DNA of 64,000 bases, taken from assembly GCA_021772565.1 (NCBI GenBank), contig JAJFLR010000096.1, forward strand, positions 5,266 to 69,265, read 5' to 3'. This document shows, one piece after another, positions 35,794 to 46,212 of the stretch. The first letter of the stretch is position 1; each line of letters begins with the position of its first letter. The notes under the pieces are model-generated. The model did not search any database. It was not told where the DNA came from and was given only the letters and a program-made list of their open reading frames with translations. Both the position numbers and the translations under genes were made by a program. The stretch comes from Opitutales bacterium (GTDB taxonomy: Bacteria; Verrucomicrobiota; Verrucomicrobiia; Opitutales; JAJFLR01).

Positions 35794-35941
35794 AATAAAA
35801 TTGTTAGAATTTCAATAAAAAAGTTAGAAAATAAATTATTTCGAGCTATTATTCATAGCCGATCGTGTTATAATAAGCATAATATTAGCCAATAAATTGC
35901 TAATAAACATAATAATACATAAAAAAGTAGTCATAAGAAAA

Positions 35942-36787
35942 TTATTTTTCTGCTGTTGTCAAGATTTCCGCATTTTCTTTTGTTATTAGTATAGTATGTT
36001 CGAAATGAGCAGAAGGTTTATGATCTTTAGTTATAGCAGTCCATCCATCATTAGCAATTTCAATTTCTGCATTTCCCATATTAATCATAGGTTCAATTGC
36101 CAATGTCATACCTGGAACTAATTTAATACCTGTATTTCTTTTACCAAAATTAGGAATTTGAGGATCTTCATGCATTGACCGACCAACACCATGGCCGACA
36201 AAATCCTTAACAACAGAAAAATTTCTTGATTCAGTAAATATTTGGATAGCATTTGAAATATCACCTACTCGATTTCCAGCCCTTGCTTTATCAATACCTC
36301 TGTATAGTGCTTCTTCTGTAGTTTCCAGTAGAAATTGTACCTCTTCACTGATTTCCCCTACTGCGACAGTCTTTGCATTATCACCAATATATCCATTATA
36401 GTGTACAACAACATCAACAGTTACAATGTCACCTGAATTAATTACACGATCCAGACGACCAATACCATGAACTACCTCATCATTTATTGATATACAAGTA
36501 TAAGCTGGAAATCTATGGTTCCGTGCAAAATAATTATAACAGGCACTACTTGCTTTACACTCTTCAATTAAACGCCTTCCTTCTTGATCTAAATCGTAAG
36601 TATTTACGCCGGCAGAAACTTTAGTAATTAGCTGATCCAATACAAATGCTGCAATTTTACACGATTCACGAACAGCATTAATTTCATTATCATTTTTCAC
36701 TAATTTAGATTTTTTTTTAATTTTATCCAGGTTATGTGATTTTTTATTGAGTTTCATATTACAAAATCCTGTAAAAACAGATTTCAA
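35942..36787 (-). CDS. map: type I methionine aminopeptidase (start uncertain; ~30-aa N-terminal extension in the longest ORF)
   Basis: VHGIG, DVVVHYNGYIGD, FVGHGVGRSMHE, LAIEPM, HFEHTILIT metal-ligand motifs. Confidence 0.9.
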   Translation of the reverse strand: MKSVFTGFCNMKLNKKSHNLDKIKKKSKLVKNDNEINAVRESCKIAAFVLDQLITKVSAGVNTYDLDQEGRRLIEECKASSACYNYFARNHRFPAYTCISINDEVVHGIGRLDRVINSGDIVTVDVVVHYNGYIGDNAKTVAVGEISEEVQFLLETTEEALYRGIDKARAGNRVGDISNAIQIFTESRNFSVVKDFVGHGVGRSMHEDPQIPNFGKRNTGIKLVPGMTLAIEPMINMGNAEIEIANDGWTAITKDHKPSAHFEHTILITKENAEILTTAEK

Positions 36788-36836
36788 CTATCTTTGTTAT
36801 TGTTATTTTTTCCAAGTGAGCAATTCGATCAAGAAA

Positions 36837-38348
36837 CTAAGAAAAATAGATAATATTCAAAATCCATGCAACAAAACCGAATAGCAACATAGCAGTACAG
36901 GAAATAATCAGTGTTTTCATATTTCTAACCTCAGGTGCTTCAATTAACTGATGCTTTGTTCGACCAACACTTCGACCTTTTATTCGACCTTTTTTCAAGA
37001 AACCATCATAATGCCTCTGTAATAAAAATGTTTCGATTTGACGCATTGTATCAAGTAAAACACCCACTGAAATTAGCATACCCGTGCCACCAAAGAATTG
37101 AGCTGCCTGATAAGGTACTCCATATGTAAACAATAATAAATCTGGTAACACAGCTATAAGCGTTAGAAATATTGCACCGGCTAAAGTTAATCGAGTCATG
37201 ACAAAATCTAGGAACTTTGCTGTCGGTTCCCCCGGTTTAACTGCAGGAATATATCCTCCATGCTTTTTCAGATCATCAGCTACCTGGATTGGTTTAAACA
37301 TAACTGAAACCCAAAAATAACTAAAACAAAGAATTAAGGTTCCATAGACCATGTAATAAAACCATTCTCCTCTACTAAAAATGTTACTAAAATTCACTAA
37401 ATAGCGCAATTGCAAGGCACCGCCTAACCATTGTGAAATCTGTTGAAAGAACAATAAAATAGCACTTGCAAATATGATTGGCATTACACCTGAATAATTC
37501 ACACGTAGTGGTAAAAATGAACTTTGTCCGCCATAAACTTTACGACCAACAATTCTTTTTGCATATTGTACGGGTATTTTTCGTTGAGCCTGAGTCACAG
37601 CAATAATACCAGCAGTGACAATAAACAACATAAGAAGCATAAGAATGCCGTGCGGTAGACCAAGCGAAGTTGTATCAGAGCCAATTGGCGCGGAAAATAA
37701 TTTATAAGTCAATGTAACTGCTGCAGGTAAATCAGCAATAATCCCAACAGTGATTAAAAGTGATATACCATTACCTATACCATTTTGAGTAATTTGTTCA
37801 CCCAGCCACATTAACAGAATTGTTCCGGCTGTTAAAAAGATAACTGATGTAAAGAAAAACCACCCGTGCTGAACTAGAACAATCGGTCCATACTCAAGCT
37901 GGCTGAAACCTCTAAATAAAAATTCCGGATTCTCTAAAGCTCTTATAAGCAGAGATGATTGTATTAAACAGATCAATACAGTTGCATACCGAGTGTACTG
38001 AGAAATTTTTTGTCTTCCAACTTCCCCTTCCTGTTGGAGACGTGCCAACTGTGGAACTACAGCTGTCATAAGTTGAAAAACAATCGATGAACTGATATAT
38101 GGCATGATTCCCAGTGCAAAAACAGCCCCCCTTAATAAGGCACCACCGGTGAACATGTTGTATAGACCCAATATATTGCCACCACCTGAAGCACTTTGAT
38201 CTTTGAAAAAGTTTTGCAGCGGTGTCGGATCAAGACCAGGCAATGGTATATTGGCCCCAACACGCGCAATAAACAATAACGACAATGTTAAGAATATTCT
38301 TTGCCTTAACTCAGGAATTTTTAAACAGTTAGTAAACGCTGATATCAT
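36837..38348 (-). CDS. secY: preprotein translocase subunit SecY (with 44-aa C-terminal extension containing an extra hydrophobic helix)
   Basis: 503 aa. LMWLGEQITQNGIGNGISL. The canonical end ...HYDGFLKKGRIKGR is followed by SVGRTKHQLIEAPEVRNMKTLIISCTAMLLFGFVAWILNIIYFS. Confidence 0.93.
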   Translation of the reverse strand: MISAFTNCLKIPELRQRIFLTLSLLFIARVGANIPLPGLDPTPLQNFFKDQSASGGGNILGLYNMFTGGALLRGAVFALGIMPYISSSIVFQLMTAVVPQLARLQQEGEVGRQKISQYTRYATVLICLIQSSLLIRALENPEFLFRGFSQLEYGPIVLVQHGWFFFTSVIFLTAGTILLMWLGEQITQNGIGNGISLLITVGIIADLPAAVTLTYKLFSAPIGSDTTSLGLPHGILMLLMLFIVTAGIIAVTQAQRKIPVQYAKRIVGRKVYGGQSSFLPLRVNYSGVMPIIFASAILLFFQQISQWLGGALQLRYLVNFSNIFSRGEWFYYMVYGTLILCFSYFWVSVMFKPIQVADDLKKHGGYIPAVKPGEPTAKFLDFVMTRLTLAGAIFLTLIAVLPDLLLFTYGVPYQAAQFFGGTGMLISVGVLLDTMRQIETFLLQRHYDGFLKKGRIKGRSVGRTKHQLIEAPEVRNMKTLIISCTAMLLFGFVAWILNIIYFS

Positions 38349-38384
38349 TTTTGCAACCCGCTATAATAAAGCTAGGATTAGTGT

Positions 38385-38885
38385 TTACTTATCACTCTGC
38401 TCATCAGAGGTATTTTTATTTGTCGAGTTTGATTCTATTTTCATAGTCTCGATTGCTTCACCACCGAATTTATTAATTTTCTCCTTAGCAGACTCAGAAA
38501 ATTTATCAGCTTTTATTTTATACGGTTTATCAATATCACCAAATGCTAAAATTTTAATTAGTTTGGAATTTGCTCGAACTAAACCATTTTTCACCAAAAC
38601 ATCTCTATCAATTACTGCAGAATTATCAAGTTGTGAGATCGATTTCAAGTTTACTACTGAATACTCAGTCCTAAAATTATAATTATTAAAACCGCGACGA
38701 GGCAATTTACGATACAATGGCATTTGACCACCTTCAAAACCAATTCTTATTGAACCGCCCGATCTAGATTTCTGACCGTTATGACCACTGCCAGATGTTT
38801 TACCATGACCTGATCCACGACCACGCCCTACTCTTTTCCGCGCTTTTCTTTCTCCTTTATTCGGTACTATATTATGTAAACGCAT
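38385..38885 (-). CDS. rplO: 50S ribosomal protein L15
   Basis: MRLHNIVPNKGERKARKRVGRGRGSGHGKTSG... Confidence 0.95.
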   Translation of the reverse strand: MRLHNIVPNKGERKARKRVGRGRGSGHGKTSGSGHNGQKSRSGGSIRIGFEGGQMPLYRKLPRRGFNNYNFRTEYSVVNLKSISQLDNSAVIDRDVLVKNGLVRANSKLIKILAFGDIDKPYKIKADKFSESAKEKINKFGGEAIETMKIESNSTNKNTSDEQSDK

Positions 38886-38910
38886 TTTTATTTAATGTTT
38901 TTCAAGCTTA

Positions 38911-39393
38911 TTAAGCATTTCTTAAACTTTTAATTGATTCTTCTGTTCGTAATTGTTTCAAAGCATCCATTGTTGCACCTACGATAGCCAAGTGATTATT
39001 CGATCCCATACTTTTTGACAGAACATTTTTAATACCACATGCTTCCAAAACTGCACGTACTCCGCCACCTGCGATTACACCCGTTCCTTGACTAGCAGGA
39101 CGAAGTAATACTTTACCACCATCATACTTACCTTTTACTTCATGTGGTATTGTATCCCCTTTAAGTGAAATATTTGTCATATTACCATGAGCGCGTTCAG
39201 TTCCTTTTCTTATAGATTCTGGCACTTCTTTAGCTTTTCCAAAACCGACACCTACATTTCCTTTCTGGTCACCTACTACAACAAGCGCGGAAAAACTAAA
39301 ACGCCTTCCACCTTTGACAACTTTAGCACATCGATTGATAAATACCACTTTTTCAAAAAACTCTGGCGCTTCTTGTTCTTCGTTAGCTTTCAT
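38911..39393 (-). CDS. rpsE: 30S ribosomal protein S5
   Basis: [30 protein letters not shown]... Confidence 0.95.
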   Translation of the reverse strand: MKANEEQEAPEFFEKVVFINRCAKVVKGGRRFSFSALVVVGDQKGNVGVGFGKAKEVPESIRKGTERAHGNMTNISLKGDTIPHEVKGKYDGGKVLLRPASQGTGVIAGGGVRAVLEACGIKNVLSKSMGSNNHLAIVGATMDALKQLRTEESIKSLRNA

Positions 39394-39405
39394 TATTAAT
39401 ATAAT

Positions 39406-39768
39406 TTAAAATTTTAATCCCGCAGATCTTGATGCATCAGCAAATGATTTTACAACTCCATGATAACGTCTACCATTTCGATCAAAGACAACTTTTTCAA
39501 TGCCAATTTTTTTGGCACTTTCGCCAAATATCTTACCTATTCGATCCGCGCTTTCTTTATTTGCAGTCAATTTCTGCTCTCTTAGATCTTTGCTTAATGT
39601 GGAAGTAGTAAGTAATGTTTTGCCTTCAAAATCATCTATTGCCTGAACATAAATATGTTTGTTGCTAACATGCAAACAGAGTCTAGGACATTCAGAAGTC
39701 CCACTCACTTTTTTACGAATTCTCCAAACTCGTTTTTGTCTTAAATCAATTTTCTTTTTTAAATCCAT
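39406..39768 (-). CDS. rplR: 50S ribosomal protein L18
   Basis: ...[19 protein letters not shown]...[27 protein letters not shown]. Confidence 0.95.
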   Translation of the reverse strand: MDLKKKIDLRQKRVWRIRKKVSGTSECPRLCLHVSNKHIYVQAIDDFEGKTLLTTSTLSKDLREQKLTANKESADRIGKIFGESAKKIGIEKVVFDRNGRRYHGVVKSFADASRSAGLKF

Positions 39769-39789
39769 AATAAATTAATTTTATGCAAA

Positions 39790-40326
39790 TCAACCTGCTT
39801 TCTTACCTTCCTTACGTCTGACATAATCACCAACTATCCTTACACCTTTGGCTTTGTATGGTTCAACAGGGTAATATTTTTTAATTTCTGCTGCAACTTG
39901 CCCAACTAGTTGTTTATCTAAACCATCGACTTTTAATTTAGTATTTTCGGTAACAGTAACTGTAATTCCTACTGGTATAGAATATTTAATAGGGTGAGAA
40001 TAACCTAAGTTTAAATCCAATATGCTTCCATTGACAACAGCTCTAAATCCAACTCCACTTATTATAAGTGATTTACTGTATCCATCAACAACCCCTGTTA
40101 CCATATTGTTTATTATAGATCGACCCGTGCCATACATAGCTTTTGCCAATCGACTTCTATTCGCTGGCGATACAACAATCGAATCATTTTCTACTTTAAT
40201 ATCAATTGATGAATTAAATACTTTCTCGAGTGATCCTTTAGGACCATCAACTTTAACAATATTATTCTCAACCGATACTTTAACTTTATCGGGTATAATT
40301 ACTGGCAGTTTTCCTATTCTACTCAT
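39790..40326 (-). CDS. rplF: 50S ribosomal protein L6
   Basis: Start taken at MSRIGKLPVIIP (canonical L6 start). The longer ORF-track start at 40353 would overlap rpsH. Confidence 0.93.
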   Translation of the reverse strand: MSRIGKLPVIIPDKVKVSVENNIVKVDGPKGSLEKVFNSSIDIKVENDSIVVSPANRSRLAKAMYGTGRSIINNMVTGVVDGYSKSLIISGVGFRAVVNGSILDLNLGYSHPIKYSIPVGITVTVTENTKLKVDGLDKQLVGQVAAEIKKYYPVEPYKAKGVRIVGDYVRRKEGKKAG

Positions 40327-40337
40327 AAATTTTATAA

Positions 40338-40730
40338 TTACCAAACAGTGCAAATTAATTCACCACCAATTTTTTTCTTACGGGCTTCACGATCTATCAT
40401 TAGGCCATTTGATGTAGTTAATATCCCAATACCTAATCCACCCAATACACGAGGTATATCATTGTATCCAAAATAACTACGACATCCTGATTTACTATAT
40501 CTTTGAATACCAGTCAACGCTGGTGTCTCATTTACATATTTTAATTTAATAACAATATTTTTGTGTCCATTTTTATCAACATCGTTACTAAACTCTCTGA
40601 TATAACCTTCTTTCTTTAAAATTTCCGCAATACTCTGATGTAACTTGGAATAACGAGCCACAGAAAATTCCTTTCCTGCACGACTCGCATTACGAATTAT
40701 TGTAATAAAATTACTAATTGAATCTGACAT
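40338..40730 (-). CDS. rpsH: 30S ribosomal protein S8
   Basis: MSDSISNFITIIRNASRAGKEF...GGELICTVW. Confidence 0.95.
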   Translation of the reverse strand: MSDSISNFITIIRNASRAGKEFSVARYSKLHQSIAEILKKEGYIREFSNDVDKNGHKNIVIKLKYVNETPALTGIQRYSKSGCRSYFGYNDIPRVLGGLGIGILTTSNGLMIDREARKKKIGGELICTVW

Positions 40731-40741
40731 GATGATTTAAT

Positions 40742-41047
40742 TTACCAGGATGATTTAGTAACACCAGGAATTTGGCCATTTGATGCAAGTTCTCTAAAAG
40801 TTATACGCGAAACACCAAATTTTCTCAAAAAAGCTCTAGGTCTACCTGTTATGCTGCATCTATTTCTCAAACGTACTGCGGATGAGTTTCTGGGTAGTTT
40901 AGTTAATTTTCTTTGTGCAATATAAAATTCCTCATCAGAAATTTCAGGACTTGTCATAATCTGCTTTAAATCAGCACGTTTACTCGCATACTTTTCCACC
41001 ATTTTAATGCGTTTTAAATTCCTTTGAATCATAGATTTTTTTGCCAT
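40742..41047 (-). CDS. rpsN: 30S ribosomal protein S14 (long form)
   Basis: [13 protein letters not shown]...[28 protein letters not shown]...W. Confidence 0.95.
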   Translation of the reverse strand: MAKKSMIQRNLKRIKMVEKYASKRADLKQIMTSPEISDEEFYIAQRKLTKLPRNSSAVRLRNRCSITGRPRAFLRKFGVSRITFRELASNGQIPGVTKSSW

Positions 41048-41070
41048 ACTTATATAAAATTTATAAATTT

Positions 41071-41613
41071 TTATTTCTTTCTAAAAGGCATACCGAGTAA
41101 TGTTAATAATTCGAGACCTAAATCATCAGTAGCAGCAGAAGTAACGATTGTAACATCCATTCCAATTATACGCTTGTTACTGTCCATGTTTATTTCAGGA
41201 AATATTGTGTGATCCTTTATACCCAAAGTATAATTTCCATTACCATCTAATTTTGGCTGAATACCACGAAAATCACGGATTCCAGGTAAAACTATGCTGA
41301 TAAACTTGTGAAGGAAATCATACATTTTGTTTCCTCTCAAAGTAACCTTAACACCTAAGGGCATTCCCTCTCTTACTTTAAAATTAGAAATACTAGTCCT
41401 AGCCTTAGTAACAATTGGTTTTTGTCCTGATATTCTAGTAATGTCTTTGATCGTTTCTTCTAATCCCCCTTTATCTAGAGTGGCACTTATACCTGTATTA
41501 ATGACCATTTTTTCAATAGCTGGAGCTTGATGCTTATTTTTATAAGCTCTACTCTTTACCATCTGAGGTATAACATTATTAACATAATGTGATTTTAAAA
41601 ATAGTGTAGTCAT
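41071..41613 (-). CDS. rplE: 50S ribosomal protein L5
   Basis: ...[27 protein letters not shown]...MDVTIVTSA. Confidence 0.95.
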   Translation of the reverse strand: MTTLFLKSHYVNNVIPQMVKSRAYKNKHQAPAIEKMVINTGISATLDKGGLEETIKDITRISGQKPIVTKARTSISNFKVREGMPLGVKVTLRGNKMYDFLHKFISIVLPGIRDFRGIQPKLDGNGNYTLGIKDHTIFPEINMDSNKRIIGMDVTIVTSAATDDLGLELLTLLGMPFRKK

Positions 41614-41726
41614 TTATCTTTATAAAGATGTATAATATTATTCTGATTTATTGAAAAATGTTGGGGATATTCGATATTTGAATGAATTATTTCAAGTTAA
41701 TTCTTATCAAATCTATTTAGTCTAAT

Positions 41727-42023
41727 TTATTTTTGTGCTTTCCCCTTTTTCTTCTGTCTAGATTCCCAACGTTCTAGCTTCATAACATTGGATATGTGAA
41801 TCGCTGATTCCCTCTCTATAATTCCACCTTCCGGCAATTCCTCAGACTTTTTTTGATGTTTCTTAATTGTGTTTATAGAACGTTTACCTTCAGCATCATC
41901 TTCAAGTGCTTCAAGTAAGACTCGGTTATTTTTTGGTAATACTTGCATAATACGACCATGCTTACCCATCGCATTACCAGCAATAACAACAACAACATCT
42001 CCAGCTTTTACATGAGTTTTCAT
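41727..42023 (-). CDS. rplX: 50S ribosomal protein L24
   Basis: MKTHVKAGDVVVVIAGNAMGKHGRI (KOW motif). Confidence 0.93.
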   Translation of the reverse strand: MKTHVKAGDVVVVIAGNAMGKHGRIMQVLPKNNRVLLEALEDDAEGKRSINTIKKHQKKSEELPEGGIIERESAIHISNVMKLERWESRQKKKGKAQK

Positions 42024-42025
42024 AG

Positions 42026-42391
42026 TTATAATACTTCAGGAGCCAGCGATATAATTTTCATAAAATTTTTCTGCCTTAATTCTCTAGCTACCGGTCCAAA
42101 AATACGAGTTCCTTTAGGATTATTAGCTGCATCTATAATTACGACTGCATTACTATCAAATCGCAGATAGCTACCATCACTTCTACGAATAGGTGCTTTT
42201 GTGCGTACTACAACTGCTCTGGCTACTGTGCCTTTTTTTACAGCAGCTTCTGGAGTACTCTCCTTTATATTGACAACGATTATATCACCAATCGATGCAG
42301 TTTTTTTACTCTGCCCGATACGACGAATCATTTTAGCCGTTTTTGCTCCTGTATTATCGGCAACTTTTACTGAGCTAAGTAATTGTAACAT
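42026..42391 (-). CDS. rplN: 50S ribosomal protein L14
   Basis: [17 protein letters not shown]...[10 protein letters not shown]. Confidence 0.95.
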   Translation of the reverse strand: MLQLLSSVKVADNTGAKTAKMIRRIGQSKKTASIGDIIVVNIKESTPEAAVKKGTVARAVVVRTKAPIRRSDGSYLRFDSNAVVIIDAANNPKGTRIFGPVARELRQKNFMKIISLAPEVL

Positions 42392-42421
42392 ATTTTAATT
42401 ATTAAATTTAGTTTCGATTTT

Positions 42422-42694
42422 TTAAATCTCTAGTGCTTTTTCTACGACATTGACAACTCTCCAACGTTTGAGCTTACTCAAAGGCCTAGTTTCCATAATA
42501 TCTACTCTATCACCAATATTACATTCATTTTTTTCATCATGAACGTGAACAACAGTTCTACGACTTACTTCTTTACGATACCTAGGATGTTGAATTTTAT
42601 AAGAATAAGTTACTTTTATCGACTTACTACCCGATCTACTAGTAACAATACCACTTATAGTTTTTCTACGATTTCTATCTGTCTCAATCATCAA
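42422..42694 (-). CDS. rpsQ: 30S ribosomal protein S17
   Basis: ...GIVTSRSGSKSIKVTYSYKIQHPRYRK...HVHDEKNECNIGDRV. Confidence 0.95.
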   Translation of the reverse strand: MMIETDRNRRKTISGIVTSRSGSKSIKVTYSYKIQHPRYRKEVSRRTVVHVHDEKNECNIGDRVDIMETRPLSKLKRWRVVNVVEKALEI

Positions 42695-42721
42695 TAATTA
42701 TGTATAAATTAATTTAGTTTG

Positions 42722-42922
42722 TTAGTTAGTTATTTCCACTTTATTCTTTATGTTTATTATAGTTTCCAACCGTGCAATGTCTTTTCTTAGTGTTCTGAAT
42801 AAATGAGGTTTATCATTTGTTGAGCTTTTATTCATGCGCAAGTTTAATAATTCAGCACGAGTCTCACGTAGTTTTTTGCCCAACTCATTTACAGAAAGTT
42901 CAATTAAAGATTTTTTTTTCAT
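42722..42922 (-). CDS. rpmC: 50S ribosomal protein L29
   Basis: 66 aa. ELGKKLRETRAELLNLRMNK. Positioned between rplP and rpsQ. Confidence 0.9.
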   Translation of the reverse strand: MKKKSLIELSVNELGKKLRETRAELLNLRMNKSSTNDKPHLFRTLRKDIARLETIINIKNKVEITN

Positions 42923-42932
42923 AATAACTCAA

Positions 42933-43352
42933 CTAAATATTATCACGTGAAATAAATCTACAGTGCACAGGTAATTTTCCATCAGCCAAACGCATAGCCT
43001 CTCTGGCAGCATTGACTCCAACACCAGATAGCTCAAACAAAATTGTTCCTGGTTTAACTACGGCTACCCAAAATTCAGTAGGACCTTTCCCCTTACCTTG
43101 TCTAGTTTCAGCTGGTTTTTTTGAAACTGGTTTATGAGGGAAAATACGAATCAATAATTTCCCTTTACGTTTTATATGTCTATTTATTGCAATACGTGCA
43201 GCTTCAATTTGAGCCGCTGTAATCCAGTGTCTCTCTAGAGTTTGAATTCCAAAATCACCAAATGCTAACGTTGATCCGCCTTTTGCTCTTTTTCCTCTAA
43301 CGCGTCCTCTTTGGCTCTTTCTATATTTGGTTCTGGATGGCAATAATGACAT
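42933..43352 (-). CDS. rplP: 50S ribosomal protein L16
   Basis: [20 protein letters not shown]... Confidence 0.95.
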   Translation of the reverse strand: MSLLPSRTKYRKSQRGRVRGKRAKGGSTLAFGDFGIQTLERHWITAAQIEAARIAINRHIKRKGKLLIRIFPHKPVSKKPAETRQGKGKGPTEFWVAVVKPGTILFELSGVGVNAAREAMRLADGKLPVHCRFISRDNI

Positions 43353-43374
43353 ATTAAAAAATAAGTTTAAAAAA

Positions 43375-44016
43375 TTAATAATTTATTTGAATATCTTCTT
43401 TTAAAAGGCAGAGCCAACATTTAACACCAATAATTCCATAAATTGTTCGCGCCTCCACAAATCCATAATCTATATATTCTCTTAATGTGTGTAATGGTAC
43501 TCGACCTGCTCTCATTGTTTCAGTTCGGGCAATATCAGCACCGCCCAATCGACCAGCTACTTGAATTTTTATACCTTGAACATTCATAGTCATGCTAGTT
43601 TGAATCGCCTTTTTCATTGCGCGACGAAATGAAATACGTCTCTCTAATTGAAGAGCTACATTTTCTGCAACCAACTTGGCCACCATGTCTGGTTTTTTAA
43701 CATCTTGTATATCTAACAAGACTTCCGAATTGATAATATTACTCAATTCTTGTTTAACTTTTTCAAGTTCTTGTCCTCTTCTACCTATTACCACACCTGG
43801 TCGAGCTGTAAAAATTTTAACCCTGACTCTACTACCAGCCCTTTCAATAAAAATTTTGGGGATAGATGCATAACGAAGCTTATCTGTAATATGTTTTCTA
43901 ATTTGGTAATCCTCTTTAACGAATTTTCCAAAATTAGATTTTGTTGCATACCACCTTGATTCCCAGTTTTTTCTAACTGAAAGCCTAAAGCTTACCGGAT
44001 TTACTTTTTGTCCCAT
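43375..44016 (-). CDS. rpsC: 30S ribosomal protein S3
   Basis: [24 protein letters not shown]...; KH domain. Confidence 0.95.
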   Translation of the reverse strand: MGQKVNPVSFRLSVRKNWESRWYATKSNFGKFVKEDYQIRKHITDKLRYASIPKIFIERAGSRVRVKIFTARPGVVIGRRGQELEKVKQELSNIINSEVLLDIQDVKKPDMVAKLVAENVALQLERRISFRRAMKKAIQTSMTMNVQGIKIQVAGRLGGADIARTETMRAGRVPLHTLREYIDYGFVEARTIYGIIGVKCWLCLLKEDIQINY

Positions 44017-44031
44017 ATTCTTTTTTTTAAA

Positions 44032-44364
44032 TTAAGTTTCAGATAGTACAATGTGAAAATGACTCATACGTTTACAAATTGGTTTTGGCGAACCTCTTGC
44101 ACCTGCCCTCCAACGTTTCATTGTAGGTCCCTCTTCAACAATTGCTTTAGAAATAATTAGTTCATCAGAAGACAAATCGTGATTATTTTCTGCATTTGCT
44201 ATAGCAGATTTCAAAGTCTTCCTTAAAAGTCTGGCAGCCTTTCTTGGTATAAAAGACAGGAGAGCCTCAGCTTCAGTAGCCGGTAGTCCTTGAATTTCAC
44301 GGGAAACCTCTCTCGCTTTTTTTGGCGAAATCCTAACATACTTTGTTCTAGCTTCTACTTCCAT
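44032..44364 (-). CDS. rplV: 50S ribosomal protein L22
   Basis: MEVEARTKYVRISPKKAREVSREIQG... Confidence 0.95.
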   Translation of the reverse strand: MEVEARTKYVRISPKKAREVSREIQGLPATEAEALLSFIPRKAARLLRKTLKSAIANAENNHDLSSDELIISKAIVEEGPTMKRWRAGARGSPKPICKRMSHFHIVLSET

Positions 44365-44377
44365 TTAATTATCCTGA

Positions 44378-44767
44378 TTAAACTGACAAGCTGACTTTAA
44401 TCTTAGCCAGATCATTATCTTTTATAATTTTATTATTTGATAATTCCAAAATTAATCCAACTGAACTTTCGAGCTCAACTGCAACTAATATTATTTCACC
44501 AACGTAATTATTCTGATTAAAAATTTTGCAAACCATACCAATACGGAATCCCTGATCAAATCCATTTTTTAAAACAACTAGATCTTTATCATTTAATTCT
44601 ACAATTTTCTCAACACGGCTCAATCCGTTTGTGTAAATTGGTTCATTAATAAATGCAGGCCTACTTCTAATAGTTTGTGCAGCATTAACAGCATTCCACA
44701 TCACACAAACCAATATTAATAATATTGTCTGAAAATATTTTTTACTGTTAATATTACTGATCATCAA
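44378..44767 (-). CDS. hypothetical secreted protein inserted between rpsS and rplV
   Basis: 129 aa. Signal-peptide-like N-terminus MMISNINSKKYFQTILLILVCVMWNAVNAAQT. Same strand as its neighbours, with 9-nt and 13-nt gaps to rpsS and rplV. Confidence 0.6.
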   Translation of the reverse strand: MMISNINSKKYFQTILLILVCVMWNAVNAAQTIRSRPAFINEPIYTNGLSRVEKIVELNDKDLVVLKNGFDQGFRIGMVCKIFNQNNYVGEIILVAVELESSVGLILELSNNKIIKDNDLAKIKVSLSV

Positions 44768-44776
44768 TTTTATATT

Positions 44777-45049
44777 CTACTTTTTCTGAGTGTGCGGATT
44801 ATGTGTTCTAAATGAGCGTGTTGGAGAAAACTCACCCAATTTATGTCCTACCATATTTTCAGTGACATAAAGTGGAATAAAATTTTTACCATTATGAATT
44901 TCAAAATTAAGATTTACAAATTCTGGTGTAATTGTCGATCTACGTGACCAAGTTTTTATCGGTTTCCTATCATCTCTACTCTGTGCTACCTCAACTTTTT
45001 TCCAAAGTCCAGGATCAACAAAAAAACCTTTTTTTAATGAACGTCCCAT
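44777..45049 (-). CDS. rpsS: 30S ribosomal protein S19
   Basis: [12 protein letters not shown]...[23 protein letters not shown]. Confidence 0.95.
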   Translation of the reverse strand: MGRSLKKGFFVDPGLWKKVEVAQSRDDRKPIKTWSRRSTITPEFVNLNFEIHNGKNFIPLYVTENMVGHKLGEFSPTRSFRTHNPHTQKK

Positions 45050-45066
45050 ATTAAAATATTATTAAA

Positions 45067-45909
45067 TTAATGTTTAACCTTTCTGCCATTCCTTCGTACC
45101 AGTATCATTTTATTAGATGGTTTTGATCGCGAACGAGTTGGAAATCCTTTAGATAATTGTCCCCAAGGTGAAACCGGATGTCCTCCACCAGAGGTACGCC
45201 CTTCACCACCGCCCATAGGATGGTCAACAGGATTCATCGCAACACCCCGAACTCTAGGCCGTTTGCCCTTCCATCTATTTCTACCAGCTTTTCCTATCGT
45301 TTGTTTTTGATGACTAGAGTTTCCCACTTCGCCATATGTTGCCCGACATCTGGCATTTACATATCGAATTTCGCCACTAGGCATTTTAATTGTAGCTTTT
45401 TCACCTTCGATTGCAACTAACTGAGCAGCAATACCAGCAGACCTAGCAATCTGTGCGCCTTTTCCCGGTTCAAGTTCAATACCATGTATTTTTGATGCGG
45501 GAGGTATTTCTTTAAGTGGCATATTATTACCGGGTTTAAATTCTGCTTTATCTAATGTGCTTATTAGAATATCACCAATTGAAACGTTGTTGGGTGCAAT
45601 TATATATCTTTTCTCACCATCTTCATATTTTAGAAGTGCAATATTCGCAGAACGGTTTGGATCATATTCGATACCTTCAACTGTTGCAGGAACATCAAAC
45701 TTTTTTCTTGAAAAATCAATAATCCTATAAAGACGTTTGTGTGCACCCCCTCGCCGACGTGATGTTATGCGTCCATAACAATTACGTCCCCCAGTATTAT
45801 AGTTTATTTCAGTTAGTTTTTTTACAGGACGTTTTTTTGATAACTCCTGTTTATTTCTAACTAGATATCTGAAAGTTGGTGTAACTGGCTTATGTTCAAT
45901 TAATGGCAT
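45067..45909 (-). CDS. rplB: 50S ribosomal protein L2
   Basis: ...[19 protein letters not shown]...[18 protein letters not shown]. Confidence 0.95.
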   Translation of the reverse strand: MPLIEHKPVTPTFRYLVRNKQELSKKRPVKKLTEINYNTGGRNCYGRITSRRRGGAHKRLYRIIDFSRKKFDVPATVEGIEYDPNRSANIALLKYEDGEKRYIIAPNNVSIGDILISTLDKAEFKPGNNMPLKEIPPASKIHGIELEPGKGAQIARSAGIAAQLVAIEGEKATIKMPSGEIRYVNARCRATYGEVGNSSHQKQTIGKAGRNRWKGKRPRVRGVAMNPVDHPMGGGEGRTSGGGHPVSPWGQLSKGFPTRSRSKPSNKMILVRRNGRKVKH

Positions 45910-45921
45910 TATATTTTAAAT

Positions 45922-46212
45922 TTATATGAGTTCAATTGATTCACCCTGTTTTAATCTGACAAATGCTTTTTTATAGCCTGGTATATGGCCTTTTTGCACT
46001 CTTTTACTTCTGAGAACTTTAGCTTTTGGTTTTACATTAAGAGTATTCACTCTAACCACCTTAACACCGAAATTACTTTCTACAGCCATAGCTACAGTTT
46101 TTCTAGTACTATCCTTACTCACTTTAAAAACGTACTGATTACTATTTGAAGACAGTTGGTTTGTCTTCTCAGTCAATATCAATTCTTGTAATATTTTATC
46201 TGATTTAATCAT
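45922..46212 (-). CDS. rplW: 50S ribosomal protein L23
   Basis: 96 aa. ...LTEKTNQLSSNSNQYVFKVSKDSTRKTV... Positioned between rplD and rplB. Confidence 0.9.
   Translation of the reverse strand: MIKSDKILQELILTEKTNQLSSNSNQYVFKVSKDSTRKTVAMAVESNFGVKVVRVNTLNVKPKAKVLRSKRVQKGHIPGYKKAFVRLKQGESIELI

Noticed and set aside
35794-35941. Expected rpmJ (L36) or infA in the map-rpsM gap
   Set aside because: The only minus-strand ORF there encodes MTTFLCIIMFISNLLANIMLIITRSAMNNSSK. It has no resemblance to L36 (MKVRASVKK...C..C) or IF1.
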